Positions 59,068 to 64,000 of a DNA stretch of 64,000 bases are shown here, in pieces. Origin of the DNA: Thermoplasmata archaeon. GTDB lineage: Archaea > Thermoplasmatota > E2 > DHVEG-1. Within the stretch, counting starts at the first letter, position 1. Every line of letters begins with the position of its first letter. The stretch covers positions 16,418 through 80,417 of the forward strand of contig JAHWGK010000002.1 in assembly GCA_020054495.1 (NCBI GenBank). Direction: 5' to 3'. The position numbers and the translations under genes were made by a program. Under the pieces are notes generated by a model. It saw nothing but the letters and a program-made list of their open reading frames with translations. It was not told the DNA's origin and made no database searches.

Positions 59068-61017
59068 CTATTTTAAGTCCACACTGTTGATTTCACTAAG
59101 ATCCTCCAAATCGTTCATTTTAACCATGTTATCAGAAATCGTGTAGAGAACATCACCAATGTATAATGAACGAATTACATCAAATGAAGATGAACCCCAA
59201 TACCACCGATATTCATCTAAGAATTCGTCATCATCCATGTGAGTTATTTGACCTCTAAATTCAAAGCCGTTTTCTAAAGATAACCTATAAACAAATGCAC
59301 CTTGGAATGTAAACTTACCATAAGTACTTCCAGTATAGCCGTTGTTTTGCTCTTTGATTTCATCACTGATTTCATAAAGACTAATAGGTAGAACTAGTAA
59401 TTCTCGTTCTCTGTCAAAGAGAAAAGCTTTATGCTCATAAAGGACAGGACTATCTGTTCCTCGGTCACCAATTGTAATCTTTGCTACTTCTTTTGGATTA
59501 TTAAAGTCACTAACATCAAATAATGCAATTTTAAGACCTTGGTACCAAGCAAAATTACCAGAACTTGATTCCACTGTGTCTTTTCCAATGCCAATAATAT
59601 GGTTTTCATCAAAGGGGTGTAGGTAATCAGAGTAACCTGGAATCTTTAGTATACCAAGAATTTTTGGATTATACGGGTCAGATAAATCAAGTGTAAAGAA
59701 TGGATCAACTTTTTTGAAAGTTACAAGATATGCTTTATTACCCATAAATCGGGCAGAGTGCATCCTTTCACCAGGGGCAATATTTTCAATCTCAGATGTA
59801 CGATTCATATCCTCATCTAGTATATACAGGTTAGTAGTAGAATCATACCATTTCTGAGTTGCAATTCTAAAAAATCCGTTATGTTCATCCATAGAAAATT
59901 GATTTAAAGTATCTCCGGGAACTTTTCCTTTGGCTATGTAATCAATATTTCCATTTTCAATTGAAATCTTGTGTATTATTGTTGCTTCCTCATAGTGATA
60001 ATCATCTCCCCATAAAGAGCAATAATAGCTATATTCTTGACATGCTAAGAAAATATTGTTATTTGATACATACATATTTTGCGAATTACCAAGTAGGAAG
60101 CTTTTTTGATCTACTTCATCTCCATAAATATCAATTGAAATAATGTGGGTCATTGAGTCAATTTTTTCAGAGTTGTTTACATAATAAATATCCTCAATAG
60201 GAATACATCTCGTATAATCATTAATCGTTATCTCAGGTATGTTAATTGTAATATTATCCTCAAGTTTATAATATATATTACTAGTATACTCGGTAGTAAT
60301 GATATAGATATAATTACCTATCATTCTTGCATTAAAAAATGATCCATCAGCCTCAATGTCTCTAATAAGCTCTGGAACTTCTCTATCAGATATATCATAA
60401 ATATTAATAACAGTAGTTGAAATTCCCCACCAATATGGACAATATCCATAGATAGTTTTACAATCTACATGTTCATGGGAATCTCTTTGAGAATTACCAA
60501 AAGCAATCAAACGATCCTTGTTTATGAAAAAGTTTTGAACATTGACATCATCTTCAAAATTGATAATTGATAAAACTGTTGCCGATTCTGCCGGGTAGGC
60601 TTTTATTATGTAAATCTTAGAATCTACTAAAATATACAGATACGCTCCATCTGTTTTTACTAAATCTGGCTCATCAACACCTTCAACTTGTATATTTGTT
60701 TTAGAGTAATCAACAATTTTTCCATTCCCAAAACTATCAGACATGAATCCATTTCTTCCGTTATTTGATTGCGATATCAATATTTTTGGAGCAAAATCGC
60801 TCTCTTCATAGCCCCAACTATTATATTTATAGGTATTACTTCCTAAAAAATCGATAAATTCATCATATGAATCAAAAGTGTTTAACCCAGCATATGTTCT
60901 ATACCAACCTGAACCGCCTATTACCACAGGTTGTACATTAATAGCACAGGCAAAGCTTACAATGATAATAACTCCTGCAAGCATCATTCCGCTTATTTTC
61001 AAATTTTTACTTTTCAT
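59068..61017 (-). CDS. secreted beta-propeller domain protein (PF09826-like)
   Basis: 649 aa. Signal peptide. YSKTNIQVEGVDEPDLVKTDGAYLYIL motif typical of the archaeal/bacterial beta-propeller family. Confidence 0.55.
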   Translation of the reverse strand: MKSKNLKISGMMLAGVIIIVSFACAINVQPVVIGGSGWYRTYAGLNTFDSYDEFIDFLGSNTYKYNSWGYEESDFAPKILISQSNNGRNGFMSDSFGNGKIVDYSKTNIQVEGVDEPDLVKTDGAYLYILVDSKIYIIKAYPAESATVLSIINFEDDVNVQNFFINKDRLIAFGNSQRDSHEHVDCKTIYGYCPYWWGISTTVINIYDISDREVPELIRDIEADGSFFNARMIGNYIYIITTEYTSNIYYKLEDNITINIPEITINDYTRCIPIEDIYYVNNSEKIDSMTHIISIDIYGDEVDQKSFLLGNSQNMYVSNNNIFLACQEYSYYCSLWGDDYHYEEATIIHKISIENGNIDYIAKGKVPGDTLNQFSMDEHNGFFRIATQKWYDSTTNLYILDEDMNRTSEIENIAPGERMHSARFMGNKAYLVTFKKVDPFFTLDLSDPYNPKILGILKIPGYSDYLHPFDENHIIGIGKDTVESSSGNFAWYQGLKIALFDVSDFNNPKEVAKITIGDRGTDSPVLYEHKAFLFDRERELLVLPISLYEISDEIKEQNNGYTGSTYGKFTFQGAFVYRLSLENGFEFRGQITHMDDDEFLDEYRWYWGSSSFDVIRSLYIGDVLYTISDNMVKMNDLEDLSEINSVDLK

Positions 61018-61162
61018 ATTATCACATCGATTCTAATTTTATCAAGAATTATGTCTTCCATGGTTTATATATAATCGGAAAATGTTCGGAAAAAACCAAA
61101 CAACCACTCCTTAAAAAACAAGAAAATAAAGAAAGAAAAGACAAATAAAAAAAAGATAAGAA

Positions 61163-62485
61163 TTATAAAATTTCTATTTTTTCATCAAACTTAATACCTA
61201 TATCTTCTAATTCATCTAGAATTGGATTATAGATTCCAGGAGTTACAGGAATGTGAACACCAGTTAAGCAAATTTCTCCATTAAGAATCATTTTTACAGC
61301 CATTGCTGCGGGTAGTGAAACTGTTCGTGCAATGGAAGAGTCATCATCAGGTATGCCATAATCAAGTAACGTTGAGGTGATGTACTCCTTTTTAGATGGA
61401 TATTCTGCTATGAACTCATGATGCATAACTATCATATCTCTTTCATTTTTATCAAGAGACATCTTACTTAACGTCAAAACGTTAAGATAATCTAACGGAT
61501 TATCGCGATCTTTAGGTAGTTCTTTATCGCTAAAGAGACCTAACCATTCAAGTCTTTTTATAACTGTTGAATATGTTTCTATATCAAGGAATTTTGCTGT
61601 TGCTTTTACAATATCATCTTTTTGACCAGCACCAACAAGATGCCTAGTTAAATCACCATATGTTTTACCAGAGAAATTCTTTATAGGTTCTTCACCTAGC
61701 CAACCAAGAGCAACTATTTTCCGCATGGTTTCACACCAACCTGTCATCCTAAAGGTTCCCCGATAAACAGTGTGTGCATCTTTCAAATCATAGATGTTTT
61801 TGTAAGGGGTAGAATTTCTATTTGGGTAGTTCTCAAATGATCCAATTCCTGGAACATCTTGCATCGTATAATTCTCAAATAATTGTTCACCAGGATATGA
61901 TACCTTTTTTCCGTCTTGTAGCCACTCTGAAGCATTTTTTGAAGCTAAAAGAACTCCACGGGGTGCCCATGAAAACTTGTAGCCAAATGGATTGTTGTTT
62001 GCTTCGTGTGATGGCAGAGCGCCAGTTGTAGATTTGAAACTTACAATCTTCCCACCATTGTTTTTAACTTTATGAATAATTTTCATTGCAGACATGTGAT
62101 CAATACCGGGGTCAAGACCACACTCATTGAGAATAAGAATATCAGCATCCTTTGCTTTTTTGTCTAGTTCATTCATCTCATTGCTTACATATGAGGTTGT
62201 AACCAGGTGTTTTTTATGTTTGATACAAAGTTTTGCAACCTTTACATGGAAAGGATATGGAAGAAAACTTACAGAAAGATCTGATTCGGAAATTAATTTT
62301 TCTAATAAATTGTCATCAGTGACATTAAGCGGAATTGCTGTTCCATCAGGGTGACCATTAAGTATCTTCTCTACTTTACTAACTGTTCTACTTGCCATTG
62401 TTACAAAACAATCTGGTTGATCTAAAAGATACCTCACAAGCGGTCTTGAAACCATTCCTGCCCCGAGAACCAATATTTTTTTCAT
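61163..62485 (-). CDS. saccharopine dehydrogenase (NADP+, glutamate-forming) / saccharopine reductase; homolog of AASS SDH domain and fungal LYS9
   Basis: Start at MKKILVLGAGMVS (GGGAG SD). GLDPGIDHM, GYPNRNSTPY and TGVHIP blocks align with the human AASS C-terminal half. Confidence 0.85.
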   Translation of the reverse strand: MKKILVLGAGMVSRPLVRYLLDQPDCFVTMASRTVSKVEKILNGHPDGTAIPLNVTDDNLLEKLISESDLSVSFLPYPFHVKVAKLCIKHKKHLVTTSYVSNEMNELDKKAKDADILILNECGLDPGIDHMSAMKIIHKVKNNGGKIVSFKSTTGALPSHEANNNPFGYKFSWAPRGVLLASKNASEWLQDGKKVSYPGEQLFENYTMQDVPGIGSFENYPNRNSTPYKNIYDLKDAHTVYRGTFRMTGWCETMRKIVALGWLGEEPIKNFSGKTYGDLTRHLVGAGQKDDIVKATAKFLDIETYSTVIKRLEWLGLFSDKELPKDRDNPLDYLNVLTLSKMSLDKNERDMIVMHHEFIAEYPSKKEYITSTLLDYGIPDDDSSIARTVSLPAAMAVKMILNGEICLTGVHIPVTPGIYNPILDELEDIGIKFDEKIEIL

Positions 62486-62539
62486 AAGTATACTCCCTTC
62501 TGAATAATATAAAACGTTCATGCAGCGAAAAGAATTCAC

Positions 62540-63838
62540 TTATAAATATTTGTTGATATAGCTGTAATTTGGTGTCAGTTCACCACGATGTAATACCACA
62601 GCATTTTTTATCTCAGGTGGTAACTCTAATCTATCAAAATCCACGTTATAGCTGGCCTTAACAATGGCAGGAACAAAACTAAATAGAGAATCACTAAAAA
62701 CCTGTGAAGATTCTTTTGGCACTTCACATGGAAGATTATCTACAGCCATAACAACCACACCGCTGCCCGCATATCCCTCTTTAATTTCGCCACTTAAGTG
62801 ATTATAAACAAAAATAGGATTATCAGGGGGAGTAGCTTTTTCAGTGAATTCAATTGCACCGTTAATATCAACACTAATATCACCAACAATCTGGAGTTTG
62901 GAACGATCGTTGTAGTTTTCCTTCATAAACTCCTTGGAAATAAGACGAGGGTACTGTTTATTCCAATAAATGCAATTCATAAGAATAGATAAACGAGGAA
63001 GATATCGATGAAAAACAGAACGATACAAATGAGGATGATTATAATACTCCTGTAGCTTAAAATTTTTTCCACTAGAAATAGGTTCCACCATATCTTCTTC
63101 TTTAAAAACTACTTTATAGATAACTCTATCTGAAAAGTTCTTATGAATAGCTTCAAGTTGCTTAGGAGTAATCTCTTTTATAGGTAAAATATCAAGAATT
63201 TCTTGGCCACCCTGTGATACATTTCCATAACCTGCAAATCCTACAACTAAAGGAGTTAATGAATCAGGAAGTCCCTCTTGTTCAATTCTATTTCCAACTT
63301 CTTTTAAGTGAATCTTTGTTTTATTAAGATCTTGGTAATAAATCGTTTGTTTTATTTTACTAAATGGTGTGTTTATTCCTTTCCATTTCATCCTTTGTCC
63401 AAATGCCCAAAGTGTATCAATCATTCCTGCAAGACCCGCGAATCTCCCAAAAAAAACTAAACGACGACCTTTTTCATCAGTAATCTTTTCATAGTCAATT
63501 AAATTACATTTAAGTTCCATCATTTTTTTTAACATGGGCATATTATAGCTCTGACCCTTGATTGTATGAGAAAAAAACACATATGTTTTACCAGGTTCAA
63601 AGAAATTAGTTGGAACCTCTTTTACAGCAAAAACAACAGAAGATTTTGATAAATCTTCATCTATATAAGCTCCGGCAGATTCGTATTCTTTATTAGCAAA
63701 TACTCTGATTTGTGATGGTTGAATTATTGTTTTAACACCATGTCTTTCTTTCAATTCCTTTATATGTTCGGGTGTTAATGGAACGCGTCTTTCCCACCTG
63801 TTTTTATCTTCTCTACGGATGCCTAGTATAAACTCCAT
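62540..63838 (-). CDS. lysine-ketoglutarate reductase / saccharopine dehydrogenase (lysine-forming); homolog of AASS LKR domain and fungal LYS1
   Basis: 432 aa. IRREDKNRWERRVPLTPEHIKEL, FFSHTIKGQ, LIDYEKI, GFAGYGNVSQG align with the human AASS N-terminal domain. Confidence 0.85.
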   Translation of the reverse strand: MEFILGIRREDKNRWERRVPLTPEHIKELKERHGVKTIIQPSQIRVFANKEYESAGAYIDEDLSKSSVVFAVKEVPTNFFEPGKTYVFFSHTIKGQSYNMPMLKKMMELKCNLIDYEKITDEKGRRLVFFGRFAGLAGMIDTLWAFGQRMKWKGINTPFSKIKQTIYYQDLNKTKIHLKEVGNRIEQEGLPDSLTPLVVGFAGYGNVSQGGQEILDILPIKEITPKQLEAIHKNFSDRVIYKVVFKEEDMVEPISSGKNFKLQEYYNHPHLYRSVFHRYLPRLSILMNCIYWNKQYPRLISKEFMKENYNDRSKLQIVGDISVDINGAIEFTEKATPPDNPIFVYNHLSGEIKEGYAGSGVVVMAVDNLPCEVPKESSQVFSDSLFSFVPAIVKASYNVDFDRLELPPEIKNAVVLHRGELTPNYSYINKYL

Positions 63839-63922
63839 TAGTAATTCCCCAGAAAAACCTCATCTTTTACGATTTTAAAAAGGTTATGAGAGGTTTTGAA
63901 GATTTGATGTGGAACAAAAACA

Positions 63923-64000
63923 TTATTTAAATCTTAAAATTGCGCCCACATGCCCAAGGTCTGCGATTTCTTCGTCATCAGTAAATTCAATCTCCGCATC
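63923..64000 (-). CDS. hypothetical protein, C-terminal fragment (window edge)
   Basis: Minus-strand frame reads ...DAEIEFTDDEEIADLGHVGAILRFK* and runs off the window. Confidence 0.25.
   Translation of the reverse strand, partial: DAEIEFTDDEEIADLGHVGAILRFK

Overview
AT-rich (about 30% GC) archaeal chromosomal window with dense coding on both strands. Archaeal signatures include an alpha2-type glycyl-tRNA synthetase, a LysW carrier protein, an archaeal thiolase/DUF35 pair, a three-subunit acyl-CoA carboxylase, rubrerythrins and FprA. The enzyme repertoire suggests an anaerobic, amino-acid/fatty-acid-fermenting archaeon; an Asgard/Lokiarchaeia-like origin is inferred only from the eukaryote-like lysine enzymes. 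Content in order: (1) a crotonase + biotin carboxylase + BCCP + carboxyltransferase operon (leucine/acyl-CoA catabolism), with two acyl-CoA dehydrogenases further on. (2) A surface-protein region: NosD-like beta-helix proteins, a PKD protein, a C25-like protease and an ABC-2 exporter. (3) Lysine metabolism genes scattered through the window: homocitrate synthase with an unannotated lysW, a LysE exporter, two ACT-domain paralogs, L-lysine epsilon-aminotransferase, and split lysine-ketoglutarate reductase / saccharopine dehydrogenase genes. (4) A roughly 13.5 kb minus-strand redox/ROS-defence supercluster at 28.2-41.7 kb. It holds hemerythrin, desulforedoxin-like peptides, an FTR-rubredoxin fusion, Grx, Trx, Prx, nitroreductase, hybrid cluster protein, AhpD, desulfoferrodoxin, IscU-IscS-DsrE-TusA, four rubrerythrin-family genes, a Cys-rich peptide and FprA-Hrb. 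A Fur/PerR regulator sits at its upstream end, preceded by a tandem palindromic candidate operator. (5) Acetyl-CoA synthetase, thiolase, DUF35, an amidohydrolase, a CBS protein and GlyRS. (6) pstSCAB with an AbrB-like gene. (7) A Cas4-like nuclease interrupted by an in-frame TGA. (8) A secreted tandem-rhodanese protein carrying an internal nucleotide duplication. Features of special note: a covarying double-hairpin element after glyS; an FprA gene whose conserved N-terminus has no canonical start; and paralogous regulator pairs.
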